Part shown: positions 29,355 through 38,701 of the stretch, piece by piece
Layout: each line of letters opens with the position of its first letter
Position numbering within the stretch: position 1 is the stretch's first letter
Source of the DNA: Acidobacteriota bacterium
Lineage (GTDB): Bacteria > Acidobacteriota > Vicinamibacteria > Vicinamibacterales > CAVVIG01
Direction of reading: 5' to 3'
NCBI GenBank assembly: GCA_040007095.1
Contig: JBDTVS010000051.1
Span: forward strand, 15,739-79,738
DNA: 64,000 nucleotides
The notes under the pieces: model-generated
Seen by the model: only the letters and a program-made list of their open reading frames with translations
Told to the model about the DNA's origin: nothing
Databases searched by the model: none
Program-made: the position numbers and the translations under genes

Positions 29355-29395
29355 CCCGGAACACTCTCGATGACGGTCGAAAGGAGGCCGACTCG

Positions 29396-29815
29396 ATGAC
29401 TGATACGAACTCGCGCCTGACGATTCTCATGGTCGACGACGAACCACCGGTGGTCAAAATCGTGACGCGAATGCTCGCGCCGATCGGCGGCGAGATTCTG
29501 ACCGCGACGTCCGGCGAGGAGGCGTTGAAGATTTATGGCACCCGGGGCCAGCCGATCGACTTGTTGTTGACCGACCTGCACATGCCGAACATGAACGGTC
29601 GCGCGCTGGCGGCCGCCATCCGCAACCTCCAGCCCGGGCTGAAGGTGCTCTATCTGACTGGACGCTGCGACGAGCTGTTCGGAGCCGAGAACGAGCTCGA
29701 GGCGCACGAGGCGTTCGTCGAAAAACCGATGACGCCCGCGGGCATTTGCGAGGCGGTCTCTCTCCACATCTACGGCACACTCACGCCACCGAACGCGCCC
29801 GAATCACCCGCATAG
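29396..29815 (+). CDS. Single-domain response regulator (REC)
   Basis: 'ILMVDDE', 'LLTDLHMPNMNG', 'LYLTG' and 'EKP'. Confidence 0.88.
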   Translation: MTDTNSRLTILMVDDEPPVVKIVTRMLAPIGGEILTATSGEEALKIYGTRGQPIDLLLTDLHMPNMNGRALAAAIRNLQPGLKVLYLTGRCDELFGAENELEAHEAFVEKPMTPAGICEAVSLHIYGTLTPPNAPESPA

Positions 29816-30055
29816 CAGGGGGCGGTGAGAGTCTGGCTGCATCCGGCGGGCGATGCATCCCCGGGGGGCTGCGTTGCTCCTCGCGCTGATACTCCCGGGT
29901 ATTCTCGGTCGTCCGCCTTCGTTCGAGGCACAACCGTGAAGGGCGCGAACTACCGCGAGACCTCGCCGTAGCCTTGGCGGAGGCGGGTCGCGCCTTGTCC
30001 GCGGGGAGCCTCGCCCTTTCCGAGTACGACGCCAGACTTTCACCAGGGACTGCAG
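29813..30055. mobile_element. MITE-like element with a nested REP-like insertion
   Basis: Inverted ends GGTGAGAGTCTGGC (29824-37) and GCCAGACTTTCACC (30031-44). The core is similar to the reverse complement of 49630-49793. An insert at 29913-29986 has CCGCCTTCG/CGGAGGCGG ends flanked by GT. Confidence 0.6.
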
Positions 30056-30184
30056 GGCCTCGGTATAATCGCCTGCCGGCGGCGGCGGCGAGGCATGGTC
30101 AACGCGGGGCGGGCCGGCTCGCGGATCGTCACGACGCCGGCTTCGAGCAAGGGCGGATGTGGCGTCTCGTGCCACGGAGCGCGG

Positions 30185-30790
30185 ATGAGCCTGACTGACG
30201 ACGAGCGCACCGCGGCCGCGTTGATCGACGCGACGCTGGCCGACACGATCGCGTGGCACGAACGCGCGCGGCATGCGGATCCGACGCCCATCCTGTCCGC
30301 CGCGGCGGTGACAATTGGCGCGCTCGAGGCCGGCGGCAAGCTGCTCGTGTTCGGCAACGGTGGGAGCGCCGCCGACGCCCAGCATGTCGCGGCGGAGCTG
30401 GTGGGCCGATTTCAGCGCGACCGCGCCGCAATCGCAGCCATCGCGCTGACGACCGATACCAGCATCCTGACCAGCGTCGGCAACGATCTCGGCTACGAGC
30501 GCATCTTCGCGCGACAGATCGAGGCGCTCGGACGTGCCGGCGACGTAGCGCTGGCGATCAGCACGAGCGGCATGTCGTCGAACGTCGTGGCCGGACTGAC
30601 CGCGGCGCGCCGGCTTGGACTGCGCACCGTGGCGCTGACCGGATGCGACGGCGGCGACGTCGGCCGGGCGTCCGAAATCCACGTCAACGTGCCTGCCCAA
30701 TCGACCGCGCGGGTGCAGGAAGTGCACCGGACGCTCCTGCACGTGATCTGCGATCTGATCGAACGCGCGCTGTCCGAGCGCAACCGCTAG
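30185..30790 (+). CDS. gmhA: Phosphoheptose isomerase GmhA (SIS domain)
   Basis: 'GNGGSAADAQHVAAELVGRF', 'GND.GYE.IFARQ', 'ISTSG.S.NV' and 'RVQEVH'. Confidence 0.95.
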   Translation: MSLTDDERTAAALIDATLADTIAWHERARHADPTPILSAAAVTIGALEAGGKLLVFGNGGSAADAQHVAAELVGRFQRDRAAIAAIALTTDTSILTSVGNDLGYERIFARQIEALGRAGDVALAISTSGMSSNVVAGLTAARRLGLRTVALTGCDGGDVGRASEIHVNVPAQSTARVQEVHRTLLHVICDLIERALSERNR

Positions 30791-30876
30791 ACCGTTTTTT
30801 TGGCGGTCGAGCGCTCGCGACTCGACAAGATTGGAATACGCAGGTGGCTCGTCTATCTCCGTTCGGATGTAGCGTC

Positions 30877-30904
30877 CTGTGCTCTTGGTGTGCTTTGTGG
30901 TTCC
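30877..30904. repeat. 9-mer REP-like half-site
   Basis: CTGTGCTCTTGGTGTGCTTTGTGGTTCC, nearly identical to 41965-41994. Confidence 0.6.
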
Positions 30905-31032
30905 AATAGACTCGCGATGGTTCACAGACGAACGACGACACGCGGTTGGAAAGCGCAATAGGTCGTTTCGACCCGGTCGGACGACTGCGGTTCGGTCTGC
31001 GCCTCGGAACAACCGAGGTAGCATGTGCTGCG

Positions 31033-33759
31033 ATGCCAGCCGATCCTGCCGCCACACTCAGGGCCAATCTGGATGTGCTGTCGATCGAGACGCGCCAGGC
31101 GATCGAGTCGTCGCCGGATGACGGCTTCGTCCAGGTCGATTCGACAGCGGCTCACCTATCGGCTTCGGTTCAGACTCTGGATGGACGCCGGGTTCGCGTG
31201 CACAGTGGACGGGATCCGGTCGCCGAGGCCGACCGCTACGTCGACAGCGCGCTCTCAAAGGGCGTCACGCCGGTGGTGGTCGTCATCTGTCCCGGCCTTG
31301 GGTACGCGATCGAGGCCATCGAACGACGGGCGCCGGGAACCAGGGTCATCGCCATCGAACCGTTTCCGTCGATGGCACGGGCGATGCTGGCGCGGCGCGA
31401 CTGGCGCGAGGAGTTGCTGAGCGGTCGCCTGACCTTGTTGCTCGGGCCCGAGTATCCCGGCGCGGCCGACGCGTGGAAGCTCCTCGATATTCGAACACCG
31501 TCTACCGAAATCCTGGCGCACCCGGTCCTCGGCCGCGAGTTTCCGCAAGAGACCGCGCGCGCCCGGCTCGTCGCGGATCACATCCTGAAAGGCGCGCAGG
31601 CGAACGCCGACGCCCGCAGGAAATTCGCTGGACGTTATCTCCTCAACACGCTGAAGAACCTTCCCGGGCTGGTGGCGGAAGGCGACGTCGCCTCCCTCGT
31701 CGACCTGTTCCCCGGCGTGCCGGCGATCGTAGTGGCGGCCGGTCCCTCGCTCGACGACAACCTGCAGCATCTGCGAGCGATCGAAGACCGCGCGCTGATC
31801 GTCGCCGTCGATACGACGCTGCGTCCGCTGCGCGCGGCCGGGATCCGGCCGCCCGTGGTCGTCGCGGTGGATCCGAGCGAGCGCAACGGCAAGCATCTCG
31901 TCGGCATCGCCGACAGCGCCGGCTCGTGGCTCGTCACCGAGGGAAGCGTCGACCCCGGCGTCCTTCCCGAGTTTACCGGTCGAGCCTTCGGCTTCCAGGT
32001 CAGCAATCACCATCCGTGGCCGTGGCTGCGCGCCCTCGGCTTCGAGCGGGGAACGCTTCGGGCGTGGGGCTCGGTCGTGACGTCGGCATTCGATCTGGCG
32101 TTTCAGATGGGATGCGACCCGATCGTGTTCGTCGGCACCGACCTCTCGTACACCGGCGGACTGCACTACTGCAAGAGCACGATCCACGAGGATGCATCCG
32201 GCCGTTCGGCCACGGCCGAGTCGCGCGCCCAGGCCTTCGCCGCCTGGATGGAAGTGCATCAGCGCCCGACGTGCAAGGAGGCCGACATACACGGCGCCAC
32301 GGTCGTCTCGACCCCCGACTTCGTGCAGTTTCGCAATTGGCTGGTTGCGCGGGCGCAGGCGATCCGGCCGCGGCGCGTGCTGAATGGCACGGGAGCCGGC
32401 ATCTTGCTCGGCGAGGGGATCTCGCAGGTGGACCTCGCCTCGATGTCATTCCCCCAGCACGCTGGCGGCGCTGATGCGTTCCGCGCCCGGCTGAGCGCGG
32501 CCTGGAGCCGGTCGGCTGCAAACCGCGGAGCGTTCGCACAACAGTTCGAACGAGCGATGAAGAAAGCGGGCGGTGACGGCGTTCCGATGGACACGTGGCT
32601 GGCCTTCGCCGGCGACACGGCCTCGGCTGCTCAAATCGCCGGCGGCATCGACGCGGCCTGGCGATCCATCGGATTGACCTACAGGACGCCGCCGCTCATT
32701 ACTGAACAGCCGGTCGGCACGTTCTGGATCCCCGGGTGGACAATCCGATTTGCGGCTGCCGCCACGGGATGGCCAGCACCTGCCGTCCAGTGGCAGGAGA
32801 GCCGCGATAGCGGATCGTCGTGGTCCGATATCGCCGGCGCCACCGCACCGACCTATGACCACACGATGACCACCGCTGACCTTGGCAATCAGTTTCGCGC
32901 GGTGTTCACCAACGCGTTTGGGACCGGCATCACCAGTGCGGCGGCCATCACGTTCTGGACCAGCGCCGTGGTCGCCGACTTCAACGGCGACGGCAAACCG
33001 GATGTGCTTTGGCACAGCACGATGACGGGCGCCAATGTGATCTGGTACATGGACGGCGTCACGCTCTCCGAATTGGGCATGGTGGAGTCGGTGGGCAATC
33101 TGGGCTGGCAATTGGTGGGCGCGGGCGACTTCGAGGGCGACGGCCAGCCCGATCTGTTGTGGCGTCACACAGAATGGGGAAGAAATATCGTCTGGTATAT
33201 GGACGGCGTCGATCGCACGGGACACACGGATCTGGACGGGGAGACCGATCCGGCATGGGCGATCGTGGCCGTCTCCGACTTCAACGGCGACGGCAAACCC
33301 GACATCCTGTGGCGCAACGTGGCCACGGGAGCGAATCGTGTCTGGCATATGGACGGCGCGAGGCGCACGGGGGTCGCCCCCGTGGACTCCGAACACGATC
33401 TGGAGTGGACCGTCGTGGGCACCGCCGACTTCAACGGCGACGGGCGGCCGGACATCCTCTGGCGTAACGTCGCCACGGGCGCCAACCGCGTCTGGCACAT
33501 GGACGGCGTCACGCGGACTGGCGTGGCCGAATTGGATGCCGAGGTCGACACGACCTGGGCGGTTGCGGGTACGGGCGACTTCGACGGCGACGGCCAGCCC
33601 GACATCCTGTGGCACAACTCGGTGACGGGGGCCACGGTGGTTTGGTATATGGACGGGACGTCACGGACGCGGGTGGGCGTCCTCGGTGTGGTTGCCGAAC
33701 CGATCTTGCTGGTCAGCGAACAGGAGCGAGAACGAATCAGGAAAACGAGAGGCTACTGA
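31033..33759 (+). CDS. Maf (MAF_flag10/DUF115) flagellin glycosyltransferase fused to an Ig-like domain and five FG-GAP/VCBS repeats
   Basis: Maf motifs 'HSGRDPVAEA', 'GLGYAIE', 'AIVVAAGPSL', 'VAVDT' and 'GCDPIVFVGTDLSY'. Ig-like 'ITEQP...F...ATG.PAP.VQWQ...W.DI.GAT...FRAVFTN'. Five D-F-x-G-D-G-x-P-D-x-L-W repeats. Confidence 0.88.
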   Translation: MPADPAATLRANLDVLSIETRQAIESSPDDGFVQVDSTAAHLSASVQTLDGRRVRVHSGRDPVAEADRYVDSALSKGVTPVVVVICPGLGYAIEAIERRAPGTRVIAIEPFPSMARAMLARRDWREELLSGRLTLLLGPEYPGAADAWKLLDIRTPSTEILAHPVLGREFPQETARARLVADHILKGAQANADARRKFAGRYLLNTLKNLPGLVAEGDVASLVDLFPGVPAIVVAAGPSLDDNLQHLRAIEDRALIVAVDTTLRPLRAAGIRPPVVVAVDPSERNGKHLVGIADSAGSWLVTEGSVDPGVLPEFTGRAFGFQVSNHHPWPWLRALGFERGTLRAWGSVVTSAFDLAFQMGCDPIVFVGTDLSYTGGLHYCKSTIHEDASGRSATAESRAQAFAAWMEVHQRPTCKEADIHGATVVSTPDFVQFRNWLVARAQAIRPRRVLNGTGAGILLGEGISQVDLASMSFPQHAGGADAFRARLSAAWSRSAANRGAFAQQFERAMKKAGGDGVPMDTWLAFAGDTASAAQIAGGIDAAWRSIGLTYRTPPLITEQPVGTFWIPGWTIRFAAAATGWPAPAVQWQESRDSGSSWSDIAGATAPTYDHTMTTADLGNQFRAVFTNAFGTGITSAAAITFWTSAVVADFNGDGKPDVLWHSTMTGANVIWYMDGVTLSELGMVESVGNLGWQLVGAGDFEGDGQPDLLWRHTEWGRNIVWYMDGVDRTGHTDLDGETDPAWAIVAVSDFNGDGKPDILWRNVATGANRVWHMDGARRTGVAPVDSEHDLEWTVVGTADFNGDGRPDILWRNVATGANRVWHMDGVTRTGVAELDAEVDTTWAVAGTGDFDGDGQPDILWHNSVTGATVVWYMDGTSRTRVGVLGVVAEPILLVSEQERERIRKTRGY
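32974..33680 (+). repeat. Intragenic ~150-bp tandem repeats (FG-GAP blades)
   Basis: Recurrent GACTTCAACGGCGACGGC...GACATCCTGTGGC units; five copies. Confidence 0.85.
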
Positions 33760-34041
33760 CCGCGATTATCTCCGGCCGCGACAACGGAACGGCCGCTGGT
33801 GGTCCGAGAAGACAGTCCACTGGTCGATCATTCTCGACAGGCCGTGATCGACGGCCCGAACACCTTCATCCGGCATCCGTTCGACGAAACTCCTTCGTGA
33901 TGGATCATCCATCGGCCTTGAATTCGCGACGCTCTGGGATCTCGTCGGAGAACCCGACTCTCGACAGTGTGCTGATCAGGCTCGTCAAGTGGGCTTCCAC
34001 GTCGGCTGGCGCTCCTCCCATGAGATATTCTGCTGGCAAGA

Positions 34042-34473
34042 ATGCCAACCAAGCACGCTGCGTCGCAGTTTGGCCATCAGCTTTTTTTCTTCAATCCGAG
34101 CGCGACGGACATCACCGCCAGCACCGGCCCGGCATGTTTCCTGGTGTCCTCGTGGGGCTACGCCGGATCGATTTGGCTCACCGGCTCGCTGAATCTCCAC
34201 GATTCAATCTGTGCCGCGGTCGGCACCGACAATCCTCTTGAGTGCTTTGCACAACGGCCGCTCCATCGGAGCTCGGCCTCCATCCAACGCGCCGCGGGAC
34301 TGGCGCCTCGCGCAGCGGCTGAACCTGCCGAGGGTGTACTTCCCGTACGGCTACGACTTCTCCTTTGTCCCGAGGAGCGCCGCGGGAGAGGGCTCGTGGT
34401 TCTCAGAGATGATTTCCTGAAACGCATGACCGCGTTCTTGCGGCACTTCGTTCCCGCATCGGAGATTCGATGA
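34042..34473 (+). pseudogene. Probable sulfotransferase-like fragment
   Basis: 'FLVSSWGYAGSIWLTGSLNLHDSI' resembles a PAPS-binding loop, but the frame degrades soon after. A T7 tract lies at 34082-34088. Confidence 0.35.
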
Positions 34474-35363
34474 GCCAGAGGTCTACGGTGTGGCAGCAGC
34501 GTCTGGCGCGGCCGGTGTGCCTCTACCAGATGGGCAAGGTCGGGTCGAATAGCCTGTTGTCCCTGCTGAGTCAGAAGCTGCCCGCTGGGACTCAGCTGAT
34601 GTATTCGCACTATCTGGTCGAGGCGTTCCTGTTGGAAATGGAATCGTGGTTGGGCGACGATCGCTGGGACCCCGCGTGGCGCGGCAGCGTTGAACAGACC
34701 ATCGCCAACATGCGACAAGTCGGCCAGACCTTTGCGGCGTCGCCGTCGCGCCTGACGGTCGTCACTGCGGTCCGCGATCCGCTGGCCGTCGTTATCTCGA
34801 GCTTTCTCCAGAACGTGGAAGGCTACGGTGGGGCGTTGGTGTGGGGATCGGAGACGACGGAGGCTGGTCGGATCGAGCTGCTGCTCGAGTTCTTGAAGAC
34901 GCAGACAGAGCGGTGGGCTCTCGGAGAAACTGGCGGCGGCCTGGCGGGCACGGTCACACGGTTCCTCCTCGACTATCCCGCGGGTTGGTTCGATCGCGAG
35001 ATGCACGCGTCGCTTGACGTTGACGTGTACTCTTATCCGTTTCCGCACGACCAGGGTTATCAGATCATCTCGACGGACCAGGCTGATGTCCTGATCCTTC
35101 GTTACGAAGACTTCTCGACCGCGATCCTCCCAGCGCTACACGAGTTCCTCGGTCTGACCGATGTCGCGTTGGGCTTCCACAACCGATCGGAGGACAAGCC
35201 CACGGCGCCGCTCGCGCGCGCGGTGCGCGAGCGGCTGCGCGTGGCGCCGGAAGTCGTGACTCGCATCTACTCGACCCGGCACGGCCGGCATTTCTACACG
35301 CAGAGCGAGCGCGAGCAATTCGCCCGGCGATGGACGGGTGAGCCCGTTCGTCTGGCGTCATGA
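34470..35363 (+). CDS. Putative capsular polysaccharide synthesis (NKWYS-like) protein with a sulfotransferase fold
   Basis: 'YQMGKVGSNSL', 'VRDPLAVVISSFLQN', 'WFDRE....DVYSYPF' and 'LRYED'. Confidence 0.72.
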   Translation: MSQRSTVWQQRLARPVCLYQMGKVGSNSLLSLLSQKLPAGTQLMYSHYLVEAFLLEMESWLGDDRWDPAWRGSVEQTIANMRQVGQTFAASPSRLTVVTAVRDPLAVVISSFLQNVEGYGGALVWGSETTEAGRIELLLEFLKTQTERWALGETGGGLAGTVTRFLLDYPAGWFDREMHASLDVDVYSYPFPHDQGYQIISTDQADVLILRYEDFSTAILPALHEFLGLTDVALGFHNRSEDKPTAPLARAVRERLRVAPEVVTRIYSTRHGRHFYTQSEREQFARRWTGEPVRLAS

Positions 35364-35479
35364 CCGCCCCCGCGGGTTGAATCGATTGTCGTCACCAGTG
35401 GCCTGTATCGGTTGAACAAGGAGCGGATTCCGGAGCGCGGCGCCCGGATGGCAAGGCGCGACGACCGAGAATACTTCCC

Positions 35480-36586
35480 ATGACTCAGACCTCGGCCTCC
35501 CTTCAGCGTTTGAGAGACGCCTTGCCGGCGATGCAGGCGCAACGCGATGCGCTTCCCGCCGATTCGGTGTTCCGTCCGTCGGCGATGTGGAAGGACCTGG
35601 GAGACGCCTTCAACTTCATCTTCGACCTCTCCGACCATCATCTCCAGAACATCAGAATTCACACGAGCCTCATGACCGGCGTGGCCTGGTTCGCGAACTT
35701 CCAGAGCAATTCCTTCAAAAGCGACGAGGACAAGCTGTCGTATCCGATGATTCGTCAGTACCACGACCTGACGTGCGACATCCCCGAACGATTCTGGGCC
35801 AGCGAACCGAGCGTCACGTCCGTCACGGAAATGGTGGGCATTCGTTATAAGGGTCGGCTCATCACCGACGACCTGCTCCGGTACCAACGTTGTGTGTCCA
35901 ACCTCCATTGGACCGGCGTCTACCGCTGGCTCGACGGGATGGCCGAACGACCCGTGATCGTCGAGTTGGGAGCAGGCTACGGCGGGCTCGCCCACCAGAT
36001 CGTCTCCTGCTTCGGACGGCCCTGCACCTATCTCATTTTCGACCTGCCGGAAATGCTGTACTGGTCCGCCGCATTTCTGATCGTCAACAACCCGGGGAAG
36101 CGGTTCCATATCGATGGCGGCAGCGATTCCAGCCACGCCTCGCTGGAGGACATCTGTGCGGAGAACGATTTTGTCTTTCTGCCCAGCTTCAAGTTCGACC
36201 GAATCCAGGAGCTTCAAGAGATGGCGCTCTTCGTCAACCTGATGTCGTTCCAGGAAATGAGCGATCGTCAGATCGAGATGTACCTGTCGTTGGCGGCCGA
36301 GCAGTTAAAGGGTCCGGTTTTCTCCGAGAACTTCAGCCGGCACCCGGCCAACCAGGAGCTCGCGCAGATGGTGGACGACCATCTCGCGCGCTGGTTCACG
36401 CTGACGCCCGACCCGGTGTTGCTGCACCACCGCTACCCGAACGCCAACGCGTTCGACAACCCCGACCAGAACCTCGTGTGGCAGCTCTTCCCGTATGTCG
36501 GCACGCCGAAGTACTCTGCGGTGGCGTTGTCTCCGGTCGACACGATCGTCATTGCCGGCGCCGCGAACGAACGGATTCGACTGTAG
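35480..36586 (+). CDS. Putative sugar O-methyltransferase (NanM-like)
   Basis: 'VELGAGYGGLAHQI', 'FDLPEML' and 'LFVNLMSFQEM'. Confidence 0.8.
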   Translation: MTQTSASLQRLRDALPAMQAQRDALPADSVFRPSAMWKDLGDAFNFIFDLSDHHLQNIRIHTSLMTGVAWFANFQSNSFKSDEDKLSYPMIRQYHDLTCDIPERFWASEPSVTSVTEMVGIRYKGRLITDDLLRYQRCVSNLHWTGVYRWLDGMAERPVIVELGAGYGGLAHQIVSCFGRPCTYLIFDLPEMLYWSAAFLIVNNPGKRFHIDGGSDSSHASLEDICAENDFVFLPSFKFDRIQELQEMALFVNLMSFQEMSDRQIEMYLSLAAEQLKGPVFSENFSRHPANQELAQMVDDHLARWFTLTPDPVLLHHRYPNANAFDNPDQNLVWQLFPYVGTPKYSAVALSPVDTIVIAGAANERIRL

Positions 36587-36629
36587 TGGCCTGTTCTACT
36601 GGTGCGGCGGGGCCAAATGCACCTGGCGC

Positions 36630-36655
36630 CTTCGTCACTTCGTGCTTTCGTGGTT
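36630..36655. repeat. 9-mer REP-like half-site
   Basis: CTTCGTCACTTCGTGCTTTCGTGGTT, intergenic. Confidence 0.5.
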
Positions 36656-36719
36656 ACGCTTTGGAAATGACGAAGACATGCCGATCGTTGGTGCAGCCGT
36701 GTCGATATCCGAGGTGCAG

Positions 36720-37697
36720 GTGAACGTCAGCTTACGGGAAGCGCTGGGCGGCAAACGGGTCCTCGTGACCGGCGGGGCCGGATTCGTCGGCACGCACTTC
36801 GTCGAGGCGCTGCTCGACGCAGGTGCCGAGGTTCGCGTGTCGATTCACCACCGGCCGATGATCATCCGCGACGCGCGCATCGAACAGATCGCGGCGGATC
36901 TTTCGCGGCCGGAGGATTGTCTCAGGGCGTGCCAGGGCACCGACTATGTCGTCCATGCGGCCGGCGCGGTGGCGGCGGCTGGCGTGACCGCCTCGAATCC
37001 GATGTCGGCGATCGCCGCCAATCTGGTGTTGACGGTGCGGATGCTCGAAGCCGCCTGGACCTGCGGCGTCCAGCGATTTCTCGTCTTTGGCAGCAGCACG
37101 GGGTATCCCGTGACCGGGCATCCGGTCGGCGAGGACGAGATGTGGAGCGGCCCGACCCATCCCTCCTACTTCGGCTACGGCTGGATGCGACGATACCTGG
37201 AGCGGCTGAGCGAATTCGTGGCCGCCAAGAGCACCATGGGCATCGCGTTGGTGCGTCCCACCGCGGTCTACGGTCGATGGGACAACTTCGACCCGAAGAC
37301 CAGTCATGTGATTCCGGCGCTCGTTCGCCGGGCCGTCGCGCACGAAGACCCGTTCGAGGTCTGGGGCACCGGCGACGAGGTCCGCGATTTCCTCCACGTG
37401 ACCGATCTGATACGCGGGAGCCTGTTGCTGCTCGCCAATCATGCGGTCTGCGACCCGGTGAATATCGGCTACGGACGCACCGTCCGCATTCGCGAGGTGG
37501 TCGATGCGATCCTGCGCGCCGCTGGCCACACCCAGGCCCGGGTCGTATTCGACGCCTCGAAGCCCACCGCCATTCCGGTGCGCACCGTGGATACCTCGAA
37601 GGCCCAACGTCTGCTCGGCTTCGAACCCAGCGTGGCGCTCGACGCTGGCCTGGCGGACACGGTGACGTGGTACCGGCAACGATTGAAGGGCCAATGA
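36720..37697 (+). CDS. Fcl-like NDP-sugar reductase/epimerase (extended SDR)
   Basis: GGAGFVG and 'YGRWDNFDPKTSHVIPAL...VWGTG...RDFLHV'; the catalytic motif reads YGWMR. Confidence 0.88.
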   Translation: MNVSLREALGGKRVLVTGGAGFVGTHFVEALLDAGAEVRVSIHHRPMIIRDARIEQIAADLSRPEDCLRACQGTDYVVHAAGAVAAAGVTASNPMSAIAANLVLTVRMLEAAWTCGVQRFLVFGSSTGYPVTGHPVGEDEMWSGPTHPSYFGYGWMRRYLERLSEFVAAKSTMGIALVRPTAVYGRWDNFDPKTSHVIPALVRRAVAHEDPFEVWGTGDEVRDFLHVTDLIRGSLLLLANHAVCDPVNIGYGRTVRIREVVDAILRAAGHTQARVVFDASKPTAIPVRTVDTSKAQRLLGFEPSVALDAGLADTVTWYRQRLKGQ

Positions 37698-38701
37698 TTT
37701 CAGACGAAGTACTACGCGCGTTCGACGGCCGGACGGTGCTGGTCACCGGGGGCACCGGCCTGATCGGCCGACAGGTCGTGGACCTGCTCTGCACGGCGGG
37801 CGCGCGCGTGCGCGTCGTCTCGCTCGACCGGATTGCACTCGACTCGCGCGTCGAGTGCATCTACGGCGACCTGACCGAGTTCTCGTTCTGCCGGGAGGTG
37901 ATGCGCGACATCCAGATGGTCTGCCATCTGGCCGGCGTCAAGGGATCGATCGATGTGTCGCGGACACAGCTGGCCAGTCACTTCGTGCCGACGCTGATGT
38001 TCAACACCAACGTGCTCGAAGCGGCGCGAAGAGGCGGCGTGAAGCAACTGGTCTGCACCAGCTCGATCGGCGCCTACGCCAGCGCGGAGCTGTTCCTGGA
38101 GAGCCCGGAGACGGGCACCTTCACCGATGCGCCCATGGATTTCGCCGGGTGGGCCAAGCGGGTCGCGGAGCTGCAAGTACACGCCTATGTTGCGCAGTAC
38201 GGCTTGACTGGCTACGCCCTGGTGAGGCCGTCCAATGTCTATGGACCAGGCGACAACTTCGATCCGGAGAATGCGATGGTGGTGCCGACACTCATGATGC
38301 GCATCCACCGTGGCGAGCGTCCGGTGATGATTTGGGGAGACGGCACCGCGATCCGCGACTTCGTCTACAGCCGGGACGTCGCCGAGGGAATTCTCCTGGC
38401 GCTGCACCACGGCACGCGAGGCTCCTACGTCAATCTCGGCAGCGGCGCCGGCGTCACAATCCGCGAGCTGGTCGACGCGCTCAGCGGGTTTCTCGACTTC
38501 ACCTACCAGTTCGACGTGAGCAGGCCTGGAGGCTTCCCCAGGCGCGTCATGGACGTCTCCCGGGCCCGGGAGTGGATCGGCTATCAGCCGACGACATCGC
38601 TGACCGAGGGTCTGCGAACGACCTGGGACTGGTTCGTCGAGAACCAGGACGAATACCTGCAGAAGCAGAACTACTTCAAAGACGCGGCCCCTGGCGCATA
38701 G
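37694..38701 (+). CDS. Second Fcl-like NDP-sugar reductase/epimerase
   Basis: GGTGLIG and 'NVYGPGDNFDPE...IWGDGTAIRDFVY'; the motif reads AGWAK; ATGA overlap with the upstream paralog. Confidence 0.88.
   Translation: MISDEVLRAFDGRTVLVTGGTGLIGRQVVDLLCTAGARVRVVSLDRIALDSRVECIYGDLTEFSFCREVMRDIQMVCHLAGVKGSIDVSRTQLASHFVPTLMFNTNVLEAARRGGVKQLVCTSSIGAYASAELFLESPETGTFTDAPMDFAGWAKRVAELQVHAYVAQYGLTGYALVRPSNVYGPGDNFDPENAMVVPTLMMRIHRGERPVMIWGDGTAIRDFVYSRDVAEGILLALHHGTRGSYVNLGSGAGVTIRELVDALSGFLDFTYQFDVSRPGGFPRRVMDVSRAREWIGYQPTTSLTEGLRTTWDWFVENQDEYLQKQNYFKDAAPGA

Noticed and set aside
33828-34052. Minus-strand ORF as an IS256 transposase C-terminal remnant
   Set aside because: The resemblance is too weak and no terminal repeats are seen.
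36917-37693. 594-aa ORF as a large fusion protein
   Set aside because: Its first half is an alternate frame of the upstream SDR gene; the real gene starts at the ATGA overlap at 37694.
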